Source of the DNA: a virus
Taxonomy: Duplodnaviria; Caudoviricetes
IMG/VR virus record: IMGVR_UViG_3300032329_000200
Coordinates: 1-24,706 of that record
Direction: 5' to 3' (one strand)
DNA length: 24,706 nt
In this document: piece after piece, positions 1-7,365 of the stretch
Numbering within the stretch: position 1 is the stretch's first letter
Layout of the letters: each line of letters begins with the position of its first letter
The notes under the pieces: model-generated
What the model was told of the DNA's origin: nothing
What the model saw: the letters and a program-made list of their open reading frames with translations, nothing else
Databases searched by the model: none
Position numbers and translations under genes: made by a program

Positions 1-120
1 CTTTTTCGCACCGCTCCGAAGTTGAAAGGTTTCTGGTATAGAGTTGAAACGCTCGGCGTGTGATGGTTCAAATAAGCCACACAAGGCTCGCTGAGGGCTT
101 TTGATGAGAGGTTGAATACT

Positions 121-561
121 ATGGCTAATCCACCTAAACCTGCCGAACTCAAGGTGTTGCAGGGTAACCCTGGCAAAAACAAAATCAAGTTGTCTACCGA
201 AATTGAGCCGGTGCCTTATGGTCGTGTTGATCCGTTGCGACCTTTGGAGTGGGCTGGTAAGCAACTTTGGGATTCTGTGTTCAACGCTGGTGAACTATGG
301 GTTTCGTCTCAGACTGATACACAACTTTTGCAAATGGTTTGTGAGCAACTTGACCGCAAGGTTGTTATCGAGAGGCTGATTGCTGAGAAGCCTGAGGAGT
401 GGCATATGTTCAAACAGTTGAACGACTTGGAGAGGCTTATCACGGCTAACTTGTCTTTGCTTGGTTTTACTCCTGCTGACCGCACCAGGTTGGGTCTTGT
501 GTCGGTAAAGACTAAGAGTAAGTTGCAAGAGTTGTTGGAACGGAAGGCGCGAGGTGAGTAG
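121..561 (+). CDS. terS: Terminase small subunit (P27-family-like)
   Basis: Directly upstream of and overlapping terL. N-terminal 'PPKPAELKVLQGNPGK' and C-terminal 'LGFTPADRTRL' are typical of P27-type small terminases. ATG at 121 is preferred over TTG at 112 because GAGAGG lies upstream. Confidence 0.88.
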   Translation: MANPPKPAELKVLQGNPGKNKIKLSTEIEPVPYGRVDPLRPLEWAGKQLWDSVFNAGELWVSSQTDTQLLQMVCEQLDRKVVIERLIAEKPEEWHMFKQLNDLERLITANLSLLGFTPADRTRLGLVSVKTKSKLQELLERKARGE

Positions 562-2083
562 TTGGCCGCCGCGTTGGTTGACGCCGGTCGATGAAGCTGC
601 GCTTGCTGTTTCTGATGGGCGTTATGCTGCCGACTTTGCTGAAACGTTTGGCTCGATTGGTAAGGATGGTGTTGCTGGTAAGGCTGGCGATGCTTTGAAA
701 TTGCGTGATTGGCAGCGTGAATTGTTGCGCCACGTTTACGCTCAAGACGGTTCCGGTGGTTACAAGGCTTCTACTGCCCTGATTGGGATGCCTCGTAAGA
801 ATGGAAAGTCTGCTTTATCGTCGGCGGCGTTTGCGCTTTATAGCTTGATCGCTGAGGGTGTTGAGGGTGCTGAGGTCATTGTGGCTGCCGCTGAGAAGGA
901 ACAGGCTCGCATTGTGTTCAATGAGGCGAAGCGAATGATTGAGTCGAGCGAGTTGTCTGAGATTGTGCAGATTTACAAAGACAGCATTTATGTGCCTGGT
1001 TCGAAGTCGGTGATGAAGGTTGTTTCGGCGGAAGCCTACTCAAAGGAAGGCTCAAACCCGAGCCGTATCATCATCGACGAGTTACACGCACACCAGACTC
1101 GCGACTTGTTTGACGTGTTCTCTTTGGCTATGGGTAACCGTGGCTCGATTGCTCAGCTCGTTGCGATTACTACGGCTGGCAAGAAGTCGGATTCGACCGG
1201 TTCGGACTCTATCGCTTACACGCTTTACCAATACGGCCAGAAGGTTGCCAGGGGCGAAGTCATTGACCCCTCATTTTTTATGGCTTGGTGGGAGGCTAAC
1301 CCTGACCGGAATCATCTTGATCCGAAGGCTTGGGCTGAGGCTAACCCTGGCTTTGGTGATTTGGTATCTGAGGCTGACTTTGCTTCGGCTGCGAAACGAA
1401 CACCTGAGTCGGAGTTTCGAACTAAACGTTTGAACCAGTGGGTTTCGTCAACGACGGCTTGGTTGCCGAACGGTGTTTGGGGTGAACTTGAGGGAAACTT
1501 TGAGTGGTCTGAGGATGATGAGTATGTTTTGGGTTTCGATGGTTCGTTCTCGGGTGACTCGACCGCGATTTGCGCTGTCAGTATTCCGAAGGATGACGAG
1601 CTGCCAAAGGTGAAACTGGTTGCTACTTGGGAGAAGAACTGGGGTGTTGATGACGATTCTTGGCGTGTGCCGATCGCGGATGTTGAACAAACCCTATTCG
1701 ATTGGGTGAAGAAATATCCGTTGGTTCGCGAAATTGCTTGCGACCCGTTCCGTTGGGCGAGAACTATGGAGGCTTTACAGGAACAAGGGCTGCCCATTGT
1801 TGAATACAACACGGGTTATTTGAAATATATGATTCCTGCAACGCAAAAAGTGTTCGATGCTGTGGTTGAAAAGAAGCTGATACACGACGGTAATCCTGCA
1901 CTTGCCAGGCACTTAGACAACTGCGTTCTCAAGTCTGATGCTCGCGGTGTGCGTGTGACCAAAGAATCAAACACTTCTAAACGCAAAATTGACAACGCCA
2001 TTGCGTTCATTATCGCTTTCGACCGTGCGACGAGGGCTGGTAACATAGAAGAAGCCATTGTGCCAGAGTTTTTTTCATTCTAG
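554..2083 (+). CDS. terL: Terminase large subunit (HK97/Terminase_1 type)
   Basis: Adenine-binding 'LRDWQ', Walker A 'MPRKNGKS', Walker B 'IIIDELH', coupling motif 'ITTAG', nuclease 'LGFDGSFSGDSTA' and 'KIDNAIA'. Confidence 0.97.
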   Translation: MSSWPPRWLTPVDEAALAVSDGRYAADFAETFGSIGKDGVAGKAGDALKLRDWQRELLRHVYAQDGSGGYKASTALIGMPRKNGKSALSSAAFALYSLIAEGVEGAEVIVAAAEKEQARIVFNEAKRMIESSELSEIVQIYKDSIYVPGSKSVMKVVSAEAYSKEGSNPSRIIIDELHAHQTRDLFDVFSLAMGNRGSIAQLVAITTAGKKSDSTGSDSIAYTLYQYGQKVARGEVIDPSFFMAWWEANPDRNHLDPKAWAEANPGFGDLVSEADFASAAKRTPESEFRTKRLNQWVSSTTAWLPNGVWGELEGNFEWSEDDEYVLGFDGSFSGDSTAICAVSIPKDDELPKVKLVATWEKNWGVDDDSWRVPIADVEQTLFDWVKKYPLVREIACDPFRWARTMEALQEQGLPIVEYNTGYLKYMIPATQKVFDAVVEKKLIHDGNPALARHLDNCVLKSDARGVRVTKESNTSKRKIDNAIAFIIAFDRATRAGNIEEAIVPEFFSF

Positions 2084-2092
2084 GGAGTTAGT

Positions 2093-2230
2093 TTGCTCGC
2101 AAACATTCTGCAAGTCGCTGGTGTGGTATCGGTTGCCGTTGGCGCATTTTTGATTTGGGTTCCTGCCGGTTTCATTGTTACCGGTGCAGGGCTTATCCTG
2201 TTTGGCCTTGCCGCGGAAAGAAGTAAATAA
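2093..2230 (+). CDS. Small hydrophobic membrane protein (45 aa) between terL and portal
   Basis: Not in the ORF track; read manually. TTG start after AGGGAG, translating MLANILQVAGVVSVAVGAFLIWVPAGFIVTGAGLILFGLAAERSK*. Its stop overlaps the portal ATG (TAATG). Two hydrophobic segments. Confidence 0.75.
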   Translation: MLANILQVAGVVSVAVGAFLIWVPAGFIVTGAGLILFGLAAERSK

Positions 2231-3633
2231 TGTTAAACCGTTTATTGCCGATTGGTGAAGAACGCGCCATTTCCTTCCAATCAATTTGGGGTTCTGGCGG
2301 TGACCTGACGGCTTTTAGCACACAGGCCGACACTCTTATCGATCAGCAGTCTGCGACGGCTATAAACGCTGTGTGGGCTTGTGTCACTTTGATTGCTGAC
2401 ACGATTTCTACTTTGCCTGTTGATGCGTTTGTGAAACGCGACGGTGTGACGTTCCCTTACCGACCAAAACCGACTTGGGTTACTCAACCAGACTTTGAGC
2501 TTGCTTCGACGGCGTTTTGGCAGCAGTGCCTCATTTCCCTTTTGCTCGACGGCAACGCTTTTGTTCGCGTGTTCCGTGATCCGAACACTGGTGATGTTCT
2601 AAACCTGATGACCCTTGACCCGATGAAGGTTACGGTGAACCGCACGGCTGTGGGGCAGAAGCGTTTCACTTATGAGGGTGAAGGCAAGTCGTTGGACTCT
2701 AACCAAATTCTGCATATCACTGGTTCGTTGTTGATGCCTGGGCAGGTTCGTGCTGTTAGCCCTGTTGACAGGTTGAAAGAGAACTTGGGTTTGGCTTCGG
2801 CTTTGGAAAGTTTCGCAGCTCGTTTCTTTGGGCAGGGAACACACACTCAGGGCGTTATCACTTACCCTGGCACTTTGACTCAGGAACAGGCCGCTAACTT
2901 GTCGCGTTCGTTTGACAGCGCACACAAGGGTTTCAAACGCGCTCACCGCACCGGTGTTTTGTCTGGCGGTGCGCAATTCCAGAAAACTTCCGCTAATCCT
3001 GACGAGGCGCAAATGTTGGATTCGCGACGTTTGGCTGTTGAGGACATTGCTCGCGCTTACCGTGTGCCGTTGAATATGATTGGTTTGGCTGAGAAGGGTG
3101 CGCAGTCTTACAACTCGAACGAGCAGAACGCTATTTCTTTTGTCACTCACACTCTTAGGCCGTGGATTGTCAAGCTCGAGGATGCGTTCTCGACCTTGTT
3201 GCCGAATAAGGCTTACATTGATTTCAACGTTTCGGAACTGTTGCGAGGCGATTTTGCGACTCGTGTTGCTGGTTACTCGTCGGCGTTGCAGGCTGGTTGG
3301 ATGACAATCAATGAGGTTCGTAAGATTGAGGACTTCAAACCTGTTGCTGATGGTGACACTAACCGCGTTCCTTTGGCTAACGTGAACTTGGGTTCCGCTT
3401 CGCTTGGTGAGCAGGAAAGCAAAATTGGTATGGCTCAAAAACTTATTAACATTGGTTTCAAGCCTGAAGATGTTTTGTCGGCGTTGGCTTTGCCACCAAT
3501 TCCTCACACCGGTATTCCGTCAACTCAGTTACAAAACCCTTCACTGGTTGATCCTGCTAACCCTTTGACTTATGACACCGGAACCGAGTCTCTTCCTTCT
3601 GCGATTGTTGCGCCTACGCAAGAAGGTTTGTAA
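2230..3633 (+). CDS. Portal protein, HK97 family
   Basis: Motifs 'AVWACVTLIADTISTLP', 'LLLDGNAFV', 'EDIARAYRVP', 'GWMTINEVRKIED'. Position after terL. Carries a C-terminal extension of about 80 aa. Confidence 0.95.
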   Translation: MLNRLLPIGEERAISFQSIWGSGGDLTAFSTQADTLIDQQSATAINAVWACVTLIADTISTLPVDAFVKRDGVTFPYRPKPTWVTQPDFELASTAFWQQCLISLLLDGNAFVRVFRDPNTGDVLNLMTLDPMKVTVNRTAVGQKRFTYEGEGKSLDSNQILHITGSLLMPGQVRAVSPVDRLKENLGLASALESFAARFFGQGTHTQGVITYPGTLTQEQAANLSRSFDSAHKGFKRAHRTGVLSGGAQFQKTSANPDEAQMLDSRRLAVEDIARAYRVPLNMIGLAEKGAQSYNSNEQNAISFVTHTLRPWIVKLEDAFSTLLPNKAYIDFNVSELLRGDFATRVAGYSSALQAGWMTINEVRKIEDFKPVADGDTNRVPLANVNLGSASLGEQESKIGMAQKLINIGFKPEDVLSALALPPIPHTGIPSTQLQNPSLVDPANPLTYDTGTESLPSAIVAPTQEGL

Positions 3634-3905
3634 TGCCAATAACGCAAACCGCTTACACGGTGGGAACTGCTTTGGTGCAGGTTATTGCACCTGATACGCA
3701 ACCTCAGTTTGTAACTTTGCACAATTTGGAAGATGTAACTGGTCGCAAAATTTACATTGGCAACGGTGCTTTGGTTGCTGGCCAGTCGGTTGAAATAAAC
3801 CCTGCCGTGTATTTGCAAATGACTTTGGGGCCTGGCGATAACTTGTTTGCTGTTACAAGCTCCGGCACTTATGATCTTGGCGTAATGATTCAGAAGCAGG
3901 ACTGA
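3633..3905 (+). CDS. Hypothetical beta-rich virion protein (90 aa)
   Basis: Translationally coupled to the portal (TAATG) and to the next gene (TGATG). Alternating hydrophobic beta-strand pattern. Confidence 0.7.
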   Translation: MPITQTAYTVGTALVQVIAPDTQPQFVTLHNLEDVTGRKIYIGNGALVAGQSVEINPAVYLQMTLGPGDNLFAVTSSGTYDLGVMIQKQD

Positions 3906-6007
3906 TGCCTTACTTTATCAAGAAAGCCGTGAAGGGCTGGAATACAATTAAGAGTGACGGAACTGTTGTCGGATCACACGCTACAAAACAGGGTGCGATT
4001 GACCAAATGGTTGCTGTTAGTTTGGCTGAGAAGTCGACTCCAGGTGGCGAAATGCGAGCAAGTTTTACACCTCCACAGGGCGTTTCTGATGCGGCTAAAC
4101 GAGCTTTGGAATGGATTGACAAAGGACTTGCTGGGTCTGGGTTTACGGCTGTTGGCCGTCGACGTGCAGAACAACTTGCTTCGGGTTCGGCTGTTTCGGA
4201 GGATGTTGTTGCAAGGATGCGTTCTTATTTCGCTCGACACGAGGTTGATAAGAAAGCAACAGGTTTCAATTTCGGTGAGAAAAACTTTCCGACTCCTGGG
4301 CGTGTGGCTTGGGATGCGTGGGGTGGCGACGCCGGACAAAAATGGGCTAATAGTTTAGGAAGCAAAATGACTACAAGAGATGCCGGAATGAATATCGGTA
4401 TAAGCGACATTGACGATACGTTGATTGTCGAAGGCAAAATTCACCAAGACTACTACGCCTGGCTTGACCACCAACCGGTTGACCTTTACTTGGTTACTGG
4501 CAGACCGACCACTAATCGCGAGTCGACGATTGCACAGCTCAACAACTTAGGTGTGCAATACCAGCAACTCATTATGAACCCTGGCGGTGACCCTAACCAA
4601 TTCAAGGGTGACACTGCTGCCTCTCTTATGGAGGATGGTTACAATATTGCGTTTGCCGTAGACAATAACCCTGAAGCACGTCAAGCTTACACTGATGCCG
4701 GTGTCGCTAACGTTTATGACCCTGCGAAAATGCCTGCTATGGCTGCTATGGCGCAACGTGATGGTGGAATGGATGAAATGCCTGAACCTGTTGCTGCTGA
4801 GGCCACTGAGGAAACCCCTGCTTACCTGGCTGGTGAGTTGTCGGAACTTTTGGGCAACTTGGTTGCTGCTAAATTCTTGGCTCACGGTGCGCATTGGAAT
4901 GTTAAGGGTGTTCTGTTTCCACAATTCCACAAGTTTTTTCAGAAAATTTATGAGGATTACGATTCGGCTATTGATCCTGTGGCTGAGAACATTCGTAAGC
5001 TGGACGTTGATGCGCCGTTTATGTTGCCAACTTTTGTTGCCGACACCGAAATTGATGCGACGTTTATTGGCGGTGACCCTGTTCAGTTGTCTTTAGCGAT
5101 TTACAAGGCCAACGAAATTCTGTTGTCTGACATTGTTGAGACTCAAAAGTGTGCTGATGAACTAAACCAGCAGGGCATTTTCAACTTCTTGGCTGACCTG
5201 CAAGACCGTTTCTCGTTGTGGCATTGGCAACTCGGCACTGTTATTGGTGATGACTTGCGTAACGCTTACGCCACGGAGATTGAAGAAGTGGGCGAAATCC
5301 ACGACCCTGTTCAACCTACTGACCAGATGGAACCAGCACCAGGCGATTACGAGGGTGTTGATGCTTCGGGTGCGACGAACATTCCTGTAACCGTTGAGGG
5401 CCGTTTCGTTGATCCAAAGACCGTTCAAGAAAACCGCGATAAAGGAACAAAAATGATGGAACAACGCATTGCTCAGGAAACTATTGAGCTGCGCCAGGAA
5501 GGTGACGGTATGACCTTTAGCGGTTATGCTGCTAAATTCAACTCACCTAGCCAACCTCTACCGTTTACCGAGATTATCAAGCCTGGTGCGTTCAAGCGTT
5601 CACTCGCTTCTCGCAACGACGTGAAGCTGTTGTGGAACCACGACACCTCACAGGTTTTGGGTTCTACTCGTGCAGGAACGCTAACTCTTGTTGAAGATGG
5701 TGTTGGCCTAAAGGTTACGGCTCAACTGCCGAACACTTCTGCCGGTCGCGATGCTGCCGAACTTATTAAGCGTGGCGATGTAAACGCTATGAGCTTTGGT
5801 TTCTCTGTGCCACAGGGCGGCGATTCTTGGTCTGAAGATGGCAACACTCGCGAACTAAACTCGGTAAGACTTTTCGAATGTAGCGTTGTGGCATTTCCAG
5901 CATATAGCGCGACGGAGGGTTCAACCTCTGTTAGATCAGGTGAGCAAGCCGAACAGAAGGCTGCCGACCTGTCACTTCTAAGGAAACGCCTCGACCTTCA
6001 GAAGTAG
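3905..6007 (+). CDS. Multidomain prohead (capsid maturation) protease: N-terminal unknown domains + HAD phosphatase + Dps/ferritin-like domain + HK97-type protease
   Basis: C-terminal aa ~517-678 has HK97 protease motifs 'FSGYAAKFN', 'LLWNHD', 'MSFGF', 'LFECSVVAFPAY'. aa ~163-272 has HAD motifs DIDDT / VTGR / K / VDN. aa ~305-448 has the Dps signature 'HWNVKG..F...H..F...Y.......D..AENIR.L'. Lies between portal and capsid. Confidence 0.9.
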   Translation: MPYFIKKAVKGWNTIKSDGTVVGSHATKQGAIDQMVAVSLAEKSTPGGEMRASFTPPQGVSDAAKRALEWIDKGLAGSGFTAVGRRRAEQLASGSAVSEDVVARMRSYFARHEVDKKATGFNFGEKNFPTPGRVAWDAWGGDAGQKWANSLGSKMTTRDAGMNIGISDIDDTLIVEGKIHQDYYAWLDHQPVDLYLVTGRPTTNRESTIAQLNNLGVQYQQLIMNPGGDPNQFKGDTAASLMEDGYNIAFAVDNNPEARQAYTDAGVANVYDPAKMPAMAAMAQRDGGMDEMPEPVAAEATEETPAYLAGELSELLGNLVAAKFLAHGAHWNVKGVLFPQFHKFFQKIYEDYDSAIDPVAENIRKLDVDAPFMLPTFVADTEIDATFIGGDPVQLSLAIYKANEILLSDIVETQKCADELNQQGIFNFLADLQDRFSLWHWQLGTVIGDDLRNAYATEIEEVGEIHDPVQPTDQMEPAPGDYEGVDASGATNIPVTVEGRFVDPKTVQENRDKGTKMMEQRIAQETIELRQEGDGMTFSGYAAKFNSPSQPLPFTEIIKPGAFKRSLASRNDVKLLWNHDTSQVLGSTRAGTLTLVEDGVGLKVTAQLPNTSAGRDAAELIKRGDVNAMSFGFSVPQGGDSWSEDGNTRELNSVRLFECSVVAFPAYSATEGSTSVRSGEQAEQKAADLSLLRKRLDLQK

Positions 6008-6020
6008 TGTTTTTTTGCAC

Positions 6021-6033
6021 TAAAATTGAAGTA
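6021..6033 (+). promoter_or_regulatory. Putative late promoter -10 element (TAAAAT-TG-AAG-T-A) for the capsid gene
   Basis: One of six intergenic matches to TANNNT-WG-NNN-T-A (also 7339, 8543, 10409, 14107, 16526). Confidence 0.55.
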
Positions 6034-6113
6034 TTGAGTGTTAGCACCAATAGCCAGCGTTAGCGTAGGCAATTCCATTATTCAATTCAAATCAAACCTG
6101 AAAGGACATTATT

Positions 6114-7280
6114 ATGTCTGAATTTCTAAACGGTATGGTTGAGGAACGCCAGAAGATGTGGCACGAGGCGAAAGCAATTATTGACGTTGCTGAAGCCGAG
6201 GGTCGTTCGCTTACTGGTGAAGAAGAAGCCAAATACCAGGCTATTTCTGCTGACCTCGACAAGAAGGCCGAATTCATCGACGAGGCTCGTAGCCGCGCCG
6301 AGCGTGAAGAGCGTGCAGCTGCTGCTGCTTCGCAGACTCGCGTTTCAACTCCTGCAACCAGCAACAACGACGAGGCTATTCTTCGTTCGCTTGTCAACGG
6401 TGGCGGACACGAATTCCGTGCCATTACCCCTTCAAGCACCGGTTCACCTGTGCCTACCTCGTTCTACAACAAGGTTATCGAGCTTGCTCGTCTAACCGGC
6501 CCTATGTTGCAGACCTCGACCGTGTTGAACACTGCTTCTGGTGAGCCTCTTCAGATTCCGTCACTTGGTAGCTACTCGGCTGCTACTGTGAAGGCACCTG
6601 GTGCTGCTATTGACACCAACGAGCCTGTTTTCAACTCGTTCACTACCCTGTCGGCTTACAAGTATTCGGGTCTTATCTCGGTTGCTCGTGAACTTATGAC
6701 GGATGCAGGTGTTGACCTTATGGGCTTCATCGCAACCGAAGTTGGTAACGCACTTGGTTACGCAGTAAACACCGGTCTAACCACCGGAACTGGAACTGTT
6801 CAGCCTACTGGTGTTGTCAACGTTGCAGGTTCTGCACTCGTTGGTGGAACCGGTGTTTCTGGGTTGCCAACCGCAGACAACATCTTCGACCTGATCTACA
6901 GCCTAGACGGTGCGCTTCGTCAGAAGAACACCTTCGGTCTGCAGATGAACGCGAAGTCGATTGCTGCTGTTCGTAAGCTCAAGGACAACTACGGCCGTTA
7001 CCTTTTCGATCCAGCCCTATCGGCCGAAAAGCGCGACCTTATCGGTGGCTACCAGGTCTTCGAGAACCCTGCAATGGCAGACCCAGCCGTTAATGCTAAG
7101 AGCATTATCGCCGGTGACCTGTCAGCGTATTACGTTCGTTCAGTCGGTGGCGTTCGCCTCGACCGTTCAGACGACTACGCGTTCGGTTCTGACCTAACCA
7201 CGTTCCGTTTCACCTTCCGGGTTGACGGTAACCTGCCTCAGACCTCGCACATCAAATACTTCAAGGGTGCTGCAAGCTAG
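6114..7280 (+). CDS. Major capsid protein, HK97 fold, with N-terminal delta (scaffold) domain
   Basis: Coiled-coil N-terminus of about 100 aa ending at 'EFRA'. Motifs 'KYSGLISVARELMTDA', 'GTGTVQPTGV', 'RKLKDNYGRYLF', 'GDLSAYYV'. Strong RBS GAAAGGA. Confidence 0.96.
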   Translation: MSEFLNGMVEERQKMWHEAKAIIDVAEAEGRSLTGEEEAKYQAISADLDKKAEFIDEARSRAEREERAAAAASQTRVSTPATSNNDEAILRSLVNGGGHEFRAITPSSTGSPVPTSFYNKVIELARLTGPMLQTSTVLNTASGEPLQIPSLGSYSAATVKAPGAAIDTNEPVFNSFTTLSAYKYSGLISVARELMTDAGVDLMGFIATEVGNALGYAVNTGLTTGTGTVQPTGVVNVAGSALVGGTGVSGLPTADNIFDLIYSLDGALRQKNTFGLQMNAKSIAAVRKLKDNYGRYLFDPALSAEKRDLIGGYQVFENPAMADPAVNAKSIIAGDLSAYYVRSVGGVRLDRSDDYAFGSDLTTFRFTFRVDGNLPQTSHIKYFKGAAS

Positions 7281-7294
7281 TCTGTCGTTTGACT

Positions 7295-7336
7295 GGATTC
7301 CCCTCGGTGTGCGTAGACACCGGGGGGTTTCCTTTT
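7295..7336 (+). terminator. Rho-independent terminator after the capsid gene
   Basis: Stem GGATTCCCCTCGGTGT / ACACCGGGGGGTTTCC with a 6-nt loop, followed by TTTT. Confidence 0.8.
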
Positions 7337-7365
7337 GCTAAGGTTGTTTTATCGAGAGGAACTAA

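Noticed and set aside
2599-3507. 302-aa minus-strand ORF and the many other antisense or alternate-frame ORFs in the track
   Set aside because: They lie fully within well-supported + strand genes, have no RBS or recognisable motifs, and have shadow-ORF composition.
3905-7280. Cellular encapsulin operon (ferritin-like cargo next to an HK97-fold shell)
   Set aside because: Terminase, portal, delta-domain capsid and a full tail operon show this is a true phage head module. The encapsulin link is only an analogy.
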